Shown here piece by piece: positions 23,901 through 35,106 of a DNA stretch of 64,000 bases; position 1 is the stretch's first letter; each line of letters opens with the position of its first letter. Under the pieces are notes generated by a model. It was not told the DNA's origin. It saw only the letters and a program-made list of their open reading frames with translations, and searched no databases. Position numbers and translations under genes: made by a program. Origin of the DNA: Azolla caroliniana (Eukaryota > Plantae > Polypodiophyta); NCBI GenBank assembly GCA_043228905.1, contig JBHGNT010000003.1:15562001-15626000 (forward strand). The letters are read 5' to 3'.

Positions 23901-24517
23901 GCATAAGGATGATATTTTGCCGGAAGTTGTACTGAGGAGTCCTTCTTAATAGTGCTGGAAGGATGTACTGATATGGAAAATAGGAACATTGCCTCCTTGG
24001 GTCCTTCTTCGCGTAGTTGATGGAGTGAAATGGTCGAAACTCGGCGAGTTGATTCTTGGGGTGGTCGATATCGGACTTCTCTTGTTCTCCAATCTATGGA
24101 TGGATTATGTAACTCAAGCCAAGGTAATCCTAGGACAATGGGATGCTCTGGACTACTAATTATATTAAATGATATTATACACACAAAACTACCTAGGACA
24201 ACTTGAATGGGTTCTGATTCTTCTACAATATTCCCGGAAGCAATGGGACGACCATCAATGACCACTACAGATGCGGGACAAGGAAGTTTTCTTAAGGATA
24301 TCTGAGAAGCTTGGGCAAAATTTCGATCCATGAAACAGGAATTAGCTCCGGAATCTAAAAGTGCTAGGACGGGTACTGGGGGAGTACTTTTAGTACTAAC
24401 AATGACTTGGGCTAGGAACACATTGCTAACTTGCTTGGAAGGAATGGAACCACTAATGGGCTGTACAGATCTAGGGCTGCTGTCCAACCAAATGGCTCCT
24501 ATTTTGGCTGGACTCAA
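20945..24517 (-). CDS. Pol (protease, RT, RNase H, integrase, chromodomain), predicted to be expressed by -1 frameshift from gag
   Basis: 1190-codon open frame with no initiator ATG at the gag junction. Motifs: LLDSGA, YLDDLL, ADASD, DHKNL, GHFG...CDAC, SDRGPQF, GPF, YEVAAILDSK...WEP. Confidence 0.95.
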   Translation of the reverse strand: MSPAKIGAIWLDSSPRSVQPISGSIPSKQVSNVFLAQVIVSTKSTPPVPVLALLDSGANSCFMDRNFAQASQISLRKLPCPASVVVIDGRPIASGNIVEESEPIQVVLGSFVCIISFNIISSPEHPIVLGLPWLELHNPSIDWRTREVRYRPPQESTRRVSTISLHQLREEGPKEAMFLFSISVHPSSTIKKDSSVQLPAKYHPYADVFDKVKAGTLPHHRPYDCPIDLQPGTEPPWGPIYNLSPTELEVLRAYIEENLASGFICHSKSPAGAPIFFVKKKDGSLRLVVDYRGLNKVTIRNRYALPLISSLLERVNGAKFFTKIDLRGAYNLVRIRPGDEWKTAFRTRYGHFEYTVMPFGLTNAPAVFQHMANDIFRDLLDICLIIYLDDLLIYSKTQEEHDSHVLLVLKRLRENGLYAKLEKCSFDCKQVEFLGYVISSKGIAMDPAKIQTVLEWQIPRSVRDVQCFLGFANFYRKFIQDYSKIILPLTQLTKKGQAFLWSIEADMAFRHLKKAFTSAPILAHVDTSKPFIMEADASDFALGSILSQQGDKEELHPVAFHSRKFDVAEINYEIHDKELLAIVDSFVQWRHFLEGSPHQVIVFSDHKNLAYFQNARVLNRRQARWAQFLTRFDFKITYRPGKQQGKADALSRRSYLAPRPGEATFDNQKQVILGPTRLHTTRIFHTPMDSRITDDIRATLKTDSFAQDILAHIDTSRASCSQSQQPGIDYRQFEYHDGLLFFKKRVYVPDCSCRLQIVQHCHDTHTAGHFGSTKTLELVQRSFWWPHMRRFVDDYVRTCDACCRAKMPRHHPYGLLEPLPIPSKPWQSICLDFITDLPVSKGFDAILTVVDRYTKMAHFVPCTKAITSEETAALVMREVFRHHGLPDSIISDRGPQFVSKFWQHLFKMLKVSCNLSSGYHPQTDGQAERTNQTLEQYLRCFLSYQQDDWAEILHFAEFAYNNAIHSSTRVSPFFAYTGFHPRWSVIDTPELPTNPRAEDHLERLRKIQMDLSTHLRHAQHTQKTYADRHRIPSSFAIGDRVWLLRRHIKTTRPCDKLDYRRLGPFRITGKINDVTFRLDLPPQLQIHPVFHCSLLEPYKANTIPDRVTPPPPPLELDAGPEYEVAAILDSKLVRNKLYYLVDWLGYSPSERTWEPVENVANAQDLLADFHRKYPDKPGPQLAPTRSTRRL

Positions 24518-24526
24518 TCGTTTAAC
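24474..24526 (-). promoter_or_regulatory. -1 programmed ribosomal frameshift signal (G_UUA_AAC plus stem-loop/pseudoknot)
   Basis: Heptamer at 24526-24520 in the gag frame, 6-nt spacer, 11-bp stem GTCCAGCCAAA/TTTGGTTGGAC; conserved in copy C at 30951-31003. Confidence 0.8.
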
Positions 24527-25671
24527 TCTTCATCTAATTGACTAAGGATTTCAAATTTATTTGAGATACTTGGGCTATTAGTACTATGAATACTATCTGA
24601 CACTCTATTAGTACTATTACTACTATCAGACACTCCGAAGGGAAGAATTGACTCAGGTTTAGTACAGGCGACAATTTGATTTACCTGTCTTCTTGGCCTA
24701 TGGGGACAATTGATGGCGATATGTCCTGGTCCACCGCAATAAAGGCATAATCGATTGACACGTCGTCGTTGCTTTTCTTCTTCCGATAACGGGCCGCGTC
24801 GACGCATGGTATCGATCTCCATCGGTGTCGAAGTATTTGCTTGAGGTATGTCTCGTGCAAACGGTTTAGCCGCGACTGCGGCGTAAGTGGGCTCTGGCCT
24901 AGAGCGTGGTATCTGTAATTGACGTTCTGAACGCCGTTCAAAAAGGCGGTTGTCACATCGAACTGCTCGACTGATTGCCTCCGTAAGAGACTTTGGTTCT
25001 TCGGGGAAAGTTAGAAGTAGATCTTTGACATCGTTTCGCAAGCCATAGCGAAACTGCTCCATTAGTGCTTGATCATCCCAGGGTATATCTGAAGCAAGTA
25101 GGCGGAAATCCGCCGCGTAGGCAGAGGCTGGACGATCGCCTTGACGCAATCGCCGGATCTTGTTGATCGCCGTCCTGATGCTGTCGGTGTCTCCAAAGCA
25201 GGCTTTAAACTCACCAATAAAATCTTCAAAGTTATTAAGCAAGGGCGATTGTTTTTCTAGAAGCGGAGCGAACCATGCCAAGGCTGAGCCGCTAAGTAGC
25301 GTGCCTATTAGGCCGACTCGAGATGCATCAGTGGGATATCGGGAAGGATGCATCTGGATGACTAAGCGTACCTGATTAAGGAATCCCCGAAATTGCGAAC
25401 GCGTTCCATCAAATTTCACAGGAAGTCCAATCTTGGGCTCTTTATGAAATCCTTGGGGACTGGATCCTTGTTGTTGCAACGCTGCTTCGAGTTGTTGTAC
25501 CCGTAACGCTAACTCCCCATGTTGTTGTTGCGTTTGTTGTTTTTCTAGAGCGATTTGTTGCAGATCCCCTATCAGCCGTTGGTTTTCTTGTTCCAAGGCA
25601 ACAAACTTTTCTTTTAGGCACTGTAGCTCGGAGAAAACGGATTGGTATTCTTGGGCACTAACAGTAGCCAT
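24514..25671 (-). CDS. Gag (coiled coil, Ty3/PEG10-like capsid, CCHC knuckle)
   Basis: 385-aa ORF; motifs KFDGTRSQFRGFL, LRQGDRPASAYAADFR, PMEID, CLYCGGPGHIAINC. Confidence 0.95.
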   Translation of the reverse strand: MATVSAQEYQSVFSELQCLKEKFVALEQENQRLIGDLQQIALEKQQTQQQHGELALRVQQLEAALQQQGSSPQGFHKEPKIGLPVKFDGTRSQFRGFLNQVRLVIQMHPSRYPTDASRVGLIGTLLSGSALAWFAPLLEKQSPLLNNFEDFIGEFKACFGDTDSIRTAINKIRRLRQGDRPASAYAADFRLLASDIPWDDQALMEQFRYGLRNDVKDLLLTFPEEPKSLTEAISRAVRCDNRLFERRSERQLQIPRSRPEPTYAAVAAKPFARDIPQANTSTPMEIDTMRRRGPLSEEEKQRRRVNRLCLYCGGPGHIAINCPHRPRRQVNQIVACTKPESILPFGVSDSSNSTNRVSDSIHSTNSPSISNKFEILSQLDEELND

Positions 25672-28600
25672 AGTATAGGGGAAAGGGTAGGAGGATGAGG
25701 GAGAGTGACAAGTAGGCTAGAGGGAAAAATTGGTTCAAACTGTCAGGAATAGTACTAAAACAGAGATGGAATTAGTACTAAGAAGAGTAGTACTATTAGT
25801 ACTAAGAGGACGGGACTGCGTAAGATTCCCGAGAGAGAGAGAGGAAGTGAGAAGAGGAGAGAGAGAGGGAAATAGGATGATGACAGCAGCTCTTATATTA
25901 TATGAAAAGATAAGTACAAATCGACTAAGAGGCTTAAGACTGGTGTTGAACCAATTTGGTTCAACATAATGCTTAATGCCTTCTTTTATAGTGTTCTCAG
26001 GAATAATCCTGAAGCTTCTAGAATGTTCCAGAGAAATCTGGAATATACATTACTTTCTTATAATAAAACATAAATGAAAATAATATTCTATGAATTACAA
26101 TAGATGGTGAGATGGTTAAGAGCTCGACCCATATACCATAAGGTCATGGGTTCGAGTCTTGCCATCTCATGACACTCCCTGTGTTTGTGCTTAGCCCTTT
26201 GCTACGATTCGAACCTTGTAGCGGTTGACGGAACCGTTAACATTATACTTCACTTCGTATATCCATCTCCAGCTGATTGCCTTCTTGTGCGGTGAGTACG
26301 GGACAAGATCCATGTCTCGGTCTTCCTAATAGCTTGCATTTCCTTGTTCATCGCTTCGACCCATCGCGGATCTTTAGCAGCTTCGGCAAAGCTCCCCGGT
26401 TCTCGAACAGCTGCCACCTTCATCATAAAAGCATAGTGGTATGCCATATAGTCGTCGTAACCGAATCAGCTAACCGGATTCTTCTCTCAAGTGGAGCGAC
26501 GGAGTTTCTCATTTGCCGATATGAGTGCTTTCTTAACTCCGCGTGACCTCATAAGAGGCAGATCAAAGGCATTGAACTCACTATCGAGTGAGTGAGTCAA
26601 TTCGTTGCCGTCGAAGTGATCGTCTTCATATTCTGGCATTTTGGCCTTCCCTTTGTCCATCTTTGGACTTGGCCGAGATGTGCTTTGGTGCTTGGAGGCT
26701 CTTGTGGTCCACTCAATCTAGTTGAGGTCAGACTCTCTTCCATTATTGACCTTAGTCAATCATCGTCTTCTGTGTTGTCAAGGTCGTTCGTTGATGGTTT
26801 GGGAGGAGTCGGGTCGGGTTTGTACCATGATGTCGATTCGTCAAAGATGACATCCCGACTTACACGAGCCTTCCGAGTAGAGGGGTTGAAGCACTTGTAC
26901 CCCTTTTGCTCCAGTGAGTACCCCACGAGGATGTACTTCTCTGATTTTGGGTCAAGCTTATGCCGCTTCTCATCGGGAATGTGCACGTATGCAATGGAGC
27001 CGAATATCCTTATATGGGATAGATCTGGCTTCTTCCCATAATACTTCTCATGCGAGATGACCTCGTGCACTCCAGATGTTGTGCACCGATTTATGAGGTA
27101 GACGGCGGTATTTGCAGTTTCTGCCCAATATGACTTGGACATATGCTTCTCATTTAACATGGCCCTTGGTACTTCGAGGATGTGCCGATTCTTGCGTTCG
27201 GCTACACCATTCAGTTGTGGTGTGTGTCTATAAGTGAATTCCTGCCGAATTCCTTCTTGTCGAAGGTATGCCGTGAACGCATCGAAGAAGTATTCCTTTC
27301 CTCCGTCCGACCGAAGACATCGTACATGGAGGCTAGTTGTCTTTTCGACTTCGCTTTTGAATTTTTGGAAGTGTGTAAACACTTCGCTCTTCATCCTCAT
27401 GGGAAAGATCCATGTGTATCTAGAGAAGTCGTCGATGAAGGTGACATAGTACCGACATCCTCCAAATGTGGCCGTTTGTGCCGGTCCCCACACATCCGAG
27501 TGGACTATGTCCAATAGGCCTTTGCTCACGTTCCTCTCCTTCAGGAACAGGTGCCGATGTTGTTTGCCGAATTGGCATGCTCCACATACTCCTTCAATCG
27601 CATTCTCTTTGAGCGTCAGAAGTCCAATGACGAGTCCTTTCGATTGCATCGCCTTGAGTTTGTTGAGATTGATATGGCCAATTCTTTTATGCAATAGCTC
27701 TACGTCGGTGTCGGGTTTGAGGCCCTTTGCAAACATTCAGCCTTCCCTTCGACCACAAGAAATTAGTCGGCCTTCCTTCTCGATGAAGCAACCACCTTGG
27801 TTGAATCGAACTTGCATCCCTTGCTCCACAATTTGGCCGATCGAGACCAAATTCTTTGTTATGGTGGTTACATGTAAGATATTTTTTATGCAAGTTTTTC
27901 ACCTTCTTTCCCGAATGCGACATTGCGGACATGCCAAATTGGATGAGTGGTGTCATCTCCGGTCTCGACATAACCGGGTCAATCCAGATCTCGAAGGTCT
28001 TTGAACCATTCTTGATGGGACGTCATATGGTTCGAAGCACCTGAGTCGACGAACCATACATCTTCTGGATTGGAAGCATTAGTTGAAGTAGAGGCCGACA
28101 TAGAATTTGATCTATGTCTCATCACGAACATTCCACCATGGTCTTCATAATCGGAGTTGGTGGCATAATTTGTGAGTTGTCGGCTTGTGGAAGCCGACTC
28201 ACGCTTCTTCTTTAGGCACTCTTCTTCATGATGGTCGATTTTTCTGCAATATCGGATCGGAATGGAAGCTCCCCCTTCTTCCGAAGGTTCCTCGATGGCT
28301 TTCGTCTTGTTGCCGAAGTTGGGAGTTGTTGCCGTAAGTCGGACCTTGTCCGCCTCGTCCTCTTGCTCCATTCGAATGTGTGTAGAGCATGTGGCCTTCC
28401 GAGGTGTTGCTCCTTGTTCAAACATGATTTTCTTCAACCAACAACATGGATTGAAGATCAAAGAAAGAGGGAGGATTCTCCCTTGCTTGGATGGCGGTTC
28501 TCATCGCGCCGAACCGTGGTGCAAGGCCACCGATGCATATGTGCATCATCTCATCATCATCCACATTGACGCTTATCGAGCCGAGCAAGTCACAAAGCTC

Positions 28601-29284
28601 CTTGATCTTCAAGGTGTAGCTTGTGATGGACATATCCCGTTGTTGGATGTTGTTCAACTCTTGGCAGAGTTGAAGCTTTCGTGCCGTTGTATTAGCGGGG
28701 AATATCTTCCTTAGATTTTCCCATGCTTCCTTTGGCATCGTGGCTTCTCGAATGTAGTCGAGCATGTGCTCATTAACACATGTCACCAAGCAATACATTA
28801 CTCGACTCGCCGCTTGCTCCCATGTTGAGTAGTCGGCATCCTTTGGGTTGGGTCGATTTTCTTGTGCTCCTTTGATGTAGCTCCAATAACCTTGACCGAC
28901 AAGGTATTGGTGTATCTTGTTACCCCAAGATGCGAAGTTGTTTCGATCCAACTTCTCGCTAGGGAGAGCGCGCCCCATTTGAGTATTCATGGTGTTCGAT
29001 GTTGATTTCTTCCTTCTTCTCTCTTGAATACGAGCTATTTAGCCGCACTACCATACGGATGTGTTGATTCTTCTTGAACGTCAGCGTAGAGCACAACACA
29101 AGCGGATGGGTTAGATCGAGCTACCAAACCGCTTTGATACCACGTAAAGAATCGATGGTGATTCTTGTGCGGCGGAATAGGTTAGAGATATGTGTTATGT
29201 GTGTGTGTGTGAGAGAGAGAGACACACACACACACACACACACAAGATTGATAATGGAAAATACTCAAGAAAATTGTATATTAT

Positions 29285-32200
29285 TGTCATGATATGCCAA
29301 GACTCGAACCCATGACCTTATTCTACATGGGTCGAGCTCTTGACCATTACACCATACATTGTAATACGTAAAATATTATTTTCATTTATGTTTTATTATA
29401 GAAAATTGATGTATATTCCAGATTTCTCTAGAACATTCTAGAAACTTCAGGAGTATTCCTGAGAACACTATAAAAGGAGGCACAAGGCATTATTTCGAAC
29501 CAAATCGGTTCAACGCCAGTCTTAAGCCTCCTAGCTATTACTGTACATTCTCTTCACATAATATATATCTTTTCGTATCATCACTCTCTCTCTCTCTCTC
29601 GATCGATCGATCTCTCTCTCCCTCCCCCTCACTCACTCTTTCCTTCTCTCAAGAGTTCTTCACCTCTCTTAGTACTAATACTTCTTTTAGTACTAATTCC
29701 TTCTCTATCTTAGTACTGTTCCTGACAGTTCGAACTGATTTTGCTCATTCTTCCTTCCGTATCTTCCTTTCCTCGTCTTCCTTTTATCTTCTTATTAATC
29801 CTCTTATCCTCCCTAGTAAAATGGAAACTGTTAGCGCTTAGGAATACCAATCTGTTTTCTCGGAGCTCCAATGCTTAAAAGAGAAATTTATAGCACTAGA
29901 ACAAGAAAATCATCGTTTGTTGGGGGATCTTCAACAAATAGCGCTGGAAAAACAACAACAACATGGGGAGTTGACGTTACATGTACAACAACTCGAAGCG
30001 ACTATCGTATCATTAGAACAACAAGGATCAAGCACTCAAGGGATTCACAAAGAACCCAAGATCAGTCTTCCTGCAAAATTTGATGGGACCCGATCACAGT
30101 TTAGAGGGTTTTTGAATCAGGTATGTTTAGTGATACAAATGCATCCTTCTCGATATCCCACCGATGCATCACGAGTGGGACTAGTAGGCACTCTCCTTAG
30201 TGGCTCAGCGTTAGCATGGTTTGCTCCATTGTTGGAAAAGGAATCTCCATTACTAAACAGTTTTGAAGAATTTATAAGTGAGTTTAAGGCCTGTTTTGGA
30301 GATACTGACAGCATAAGGAATGCAATCAACAAAATCCGGCGATTACGCCAAGGTGATCGTCCAGCCTCCGCATACGCTGCAGATTTCCGCCTCCCCGCTG
30401 CCGATATCCCTTGGGATGATCACGCATTGATGGAGCAATTTCGTTATGGTTTACGCAACGATGTCAAGGATTTACTCTTGACCTTCCCCGAAGAGCCAAA
30501 GGCATTAACAGAAGCAATCAGTCGCGCGATGAGATGCGACAACCACCTCTTCGAACGACGTTCGGAACGACAATTCCAGATTCTGAGGGCAAGCTCAGAG
30601 CCTACCTACGCCTCAATGGTAGTGAAACCTTTTCCGAGGGAGTCATATAATGCGCCTCCAGTAAGTACTCCAACTCCAATGGAAATTGACACTACACGTC
30701 ATCGTGGACCGTTATCGGAAGAAGAAAAGCAACGACGCCGAGCAAACCGACTATGTCTTTATTGCGGTGGACCAAGGCATGTCGCGGTAAACTGTCCCCA
30801 TAAGCCAAGAAGGCAGGTAAACCAAATAGTTGCTAGTTCTGATTGTACTAAACCTGAGTCTATTTCAGTAGGGATATATGATAGTCCTAATAGTACTAAT
30901 AGCCCAAATCTAGCAAATAAATTTGATGTCCTTAGTCAGTTAGAAGAAGAGTTAAACGATTAAGTCCAGCCAAAATAGGAGCCGTTTGGTTGGACAACCC
31001 TAGATCTGTGGAGCCCATTAGTGGTTCCATTCCCTCTAAGCAAGTTAGCAATGTGTTCGTAGCCCAAGTAACAATTAGTACTAAAAGTACCTCTCCAACC
31101 AGGAGATGAATGGAAGACCGCGTTTCGCACCAGATATGGGCACTTCGAGTATACAGTCATGCCGTTCGGCCTCACTAATGCGCCATCAGTCTTCTAGCAC
31201 ATGGCAAATGATATATTCCGAGATCTCTTGGATGTTTTTTTTATCATCTATTTGGATGATCTACTGGTTTATTCGAAGACCCAGAAAGAGCATGGTTCTC
31301 ATGTATTGTTAGTACTAAAACGACTTCGAGAACATGGTCTTTATGCAAACCAGGTGGAATTTCTGGGCTATGTCATTTCCTCGGAAGGGATCTCCATGGA
31401 CCCAGCTAAGGTCAAAACTATGGTAGAGTGGCAGACTCCGCGTTCGGTGCGAGATGTGCAATGCTTTTTAGGCTTTGCCAATTTTTACCGGAAGTTCATA
31501 CAGGATTACTCAAAGCTCATTCTACCTCTCACACAACTTACCAAGAAGGGACAATCATTCGTTTGGTCTAAAGAAGCAGACATGGATTTCGAGAGTCTTA
31601 AAAAGGCACTTACATCGGCTCCAATTCTAGCTCATGTCGATCCGGAAAAACCATTCAGTATCGAAGCAAACACATCGGATTTCACATTGGGGAGCATTCT
31701 GTCACAACGGAATGATGAGAATCTACATCTTGTTGCTTTTCACTCACGCAAGTTTGACGCCGCAGAAATCAACTACGAAATTCATGATAAGGAGTTATTG
31801 GCAATAATGGACACTTTTACGCAATGGAGGCATTTTCTAGAGGGATCCTCTCATCAAGTCACCGTATTCAGTGACCACAAAAACCTTGCCTACTTTCAAG
31901 ACGCTCATGTGTTAAATCGACGTCAAGCTCGGTGGGCCCACTTCCTCACGTGTTTCAACTTCAAAATTACATATCGTTCAGGGAAGCACCAAGGGAAGGC
32001 AGATGCATTATCACGGCGTTCGTACCTAACACTGCGTCTCGGCGAGCAAGCTTTTGATAACCAAAAGCAAGTAATCTTGGGACCGACACGACTACAAACA
32101 ACACAGGTCTTTGGCATGCCAATGCATTCCCACATTATCGATACTATACGTGAGGACTTGAAGACCGATGCTTTCGCCCAAGCCATTCTAGCACAAATCG

Positions 32201-33940
32201 ATCCCTCTCAAGCATCTTGTTCAAAGTCGCAACCACCAGGTACGGACTATCGACAATTCAAATACCATGATGGATTACTATTCTTTAATGAACTCTTGTA
32301 TGTTCCTAATGGTTCTTGTCGCCTTTGAGTAGTCCAAAACTGTCATGACACATATACAGCTGGACATTTTGGCAGTACTAAAACATTAGAATTAGTACAA
32401 CGATCATTTTGGTGGCCCTATATGCGACAATTTTTCGAAGATTTTGTTCGGACTTGTGATACATGTTGCAGAGCGAAAATGCCAAGGCATCATCCATATG
32501 GTTTATTAGAACCATTACCAACTCCAAGCAAGCTGTGGCAATCCATTGCTCTAGACTTCATCATAGATCTTCTAGTCTCTAAGGGGTTCAATGCGATTCT
32601 AAGAGTCGTAGATCGATATACGAAGATGGCTCATTTCTTGCCATGTACTAAGGAAATATCCAGTGAAGAGACCGTTGAAATTGTCATGCGTGAAGTATAT
32701 CGGCATCATGGCCTTTCCGATAGTATCATCAGCGACCGTAGACACCAGTTCGTATCGAAATTCTGGAAGCACCTTTTTAAAATGCTCAAGATCACGTGTA
32801 ACCTGTCCTCCGACTACCACCCACAAACGGATGGCCAAGCAGAACGAACAAATCAAACACTGGAGCAGTATCTTCGGTGCTTTCTAAGCTATCATCAGGA
32901 TGACTGGGTAGATATTCTCCACTTCGCCAAATTTGCCTACAATAACTCTATCCACTCATCGACTAAAGGTACGCCATTTTATGCTTATACGGGTTCTCAC
33001 CCCCGTTGGTGTGTATTTGAAACTCCAGAGTTGTCCACAAATCCTTGCGCAGAGGATCGTTTAGAGCGGTTACGCAAGATACAAGCCGATTTATCTACTC
33101 ATCTCCAACAAGCTCAACAAACACACAAGGTTTACGCAAATCGTCATCGACTTCCATCCAGTTTTAGCATTGGAGATCGGGTATGGCTACTACGATGACA
33201 CATCAAGACTACTCGCCCATGCGAGAAGTTGGATTATCGGCGATTAAGTCCTTTCCGTATTATAGGAAAGATTAATGATGTCGCTTTTCGTCTCGATCTA
33301 CCTCCGCAACTTCGAACACATCCGGTGTTTCATAGTTCTCTCCTCGAACCCTATCAAGAGAACACCATCCCAGGACGTATTACACAATCTCCACCCCAGA
33401 TCGAGCTTGAAGATAGACCTGAGTACGACGTTGCCGCCATCCTTGATTCCAAGATTGATCGCAAAAAGCTCTACTATCTAGTCGATTGGCTACGATATAG
33501 TCCTAGGGAGCGTACTTGGGAACCGATAGAGAATGTGACTAATGCTCGTGCTCTTCTTGAAGACTTCCATCGTCAATATCCAGACAAACCGGGTCCTCAA
33601 TCCAAAATGACTCGTGACACTCATCGTTTTAAAGGGGGGAATAGTTTTATGATATGGAAAGACTCGAACCCATGACCTTATGCTACATGAGTCGAGCTCT
33701 TAACCATTACACCATACATTGTAATACATAAAATATTATTTTCATTTATGTTTTATTATAGAAAATTGATGTATATTCCAGATTTCTCTGGGACATTCTA
33801 GAAACTTCAGGAGTATTCCTGAGAACACTATAAAAGGAGGCACAAGGCATTATTTCGAACCAAATCGGTTCAACGCCAGTCTTAAGCCTCCTAGTTATTA
33901 TTGTACATTCTCTTCACATAATATATATCTTTTCTTATCA

Positions 33941-33991
<51 letters not shown>

Positions 33992-34091
33992 GTCACTCAC
34001 TCTTTCCTTCTCTCCAGAGTTCTTCACCTCTCTTAGTACTAATATTTCTTTTAGTACTAATCCCTTTTCTATCTTAGTACTGTTCCTGACA
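29285..34091 (+). mobile_element. Degenerate Tcn1-like chromovirus copy C inserted in the 5' LTR of Copia family 2
   Basis: TSD ATTAT/ATTAC (29280-29284 / 34092-34096). LTRs at 29285-29727 and 33645-34091. gag starts at 29821 with an early stop. An internal deletion near 31099 removes the protease and RT N-terminus; several stops in pol. Confidence 0.93.
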
Positions 34092-35106
34092 ATTACAAAG
34101 GAGATTAATTGACCTATTACAAAGTAGGAGGAGAGTGCTTTATATAGTCACTCTCTCTCTTCATTAACTACCGAAGCTCATGAGTCATAGGGAATGTGGA
34201 AACTCATTAGTTATGTGCCATAGAATATGACTCTATGACACATAGTTAATGTGTAGAGAGTAGTGGTGTGACTTTTGACCTTTGACTGTTCATACACTCT
34301 CAAGGGTGTGTTCACACATTAGACTAGGTTGAGCTTGATTCTCAACAATATAGTTAGGGCAAGTAATTAAGTGATGATGATGATCCTTGTTGAAAAGTTA
34401 CAGTTTGTAGTTGCCTCTGTAACTAGACTGGGAGAGAGTGAGAGAGTGTGTATGAGTATCTCTATAGTTGTCTGTGACAAAGAAGAGCTCAAGGTCTTTG
34501 CCTTGAAGCTTCTTGTTGTATTCTTCCCATTATAGTGATTCGTTTTGGGAGTTTGTGGACTCCCCCTTGTTTTTCCCTTCCCAGGGGCTTCATTGGCAAA
34601 ACTTGTATGGTAGCACGTGAGTTCATCAAAAGGGGTTTAAATTAATTAGTGAGATACAGAATATATATAAGGGTATTAATAAAGATTTGAAAATATATTT
34701 ACATAAGGGTATTATCAATTATGCTGGAAAAATAATTTACATAAGCCCATGAAATATTAGATATTTCAATGACATAATAAAGAATATATTATGCAAACAA
34801 TACTCAAATTTGGAGTCGCATATATAAATACGTACATACATATACATGCATGCATGCATGCATATATACCTACATTCAAACATTACATCCATGAATATGT
34901 ATATACATACATTACACCCATTTATACATGCATATTGACTAAACATAAATATATGTACAAATATATATTTCCATATGTAAATATGTACATACACATACAT
35001 ACATGCATTACATACTGCATACATATTACAATCAACCATATATATTGACATACATAATACATACAATAAAATTACATATTACATATATACATAAACAAAT
35101 GCATAT

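Larger units (their letters stand above)
20500..26174 (-). mobile_element. Intact Tcn1-like Ty3/gypsy chromovirus copy B, 5675 bp
   Basis: TSD CTCCC (20495-20499 / 26175-26179); 434-bp LTRs at 20500-20933 and 25741-26174 appear identical; PPT at 20934-20946; open gag and pol. Confidence 0.97.
18639..34347 (-). mobile_element. Full-length but degenerate Copia (family 2) with two chromoviruses nested inside
   Basis: TSD ATATA (18634-18638 / 34348-34352). LTRs are 18639-19062 and 29143-34347 (the latter split). PBS TGGTATCAAAGC at 29131-29142. gag/PR/INT/RT/RH fragments: [36 protein letters not shown]. Confidence 0.93.
17746..34628 (+). mobile_element. Remnant of the 3' end and LTR of an older Copia-like element, split by the 15.7-kb nested insertion
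   Basis: AAGTTGAGCTTGAGGGTGAGT at ~18421 resembles the PPT region of the neighbouring Copia family. The putative LTR runs TGTTAGG (18450) to 18638 and resumes at 34353 to ...TTCATCA (34628). Confidence 0.5.
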
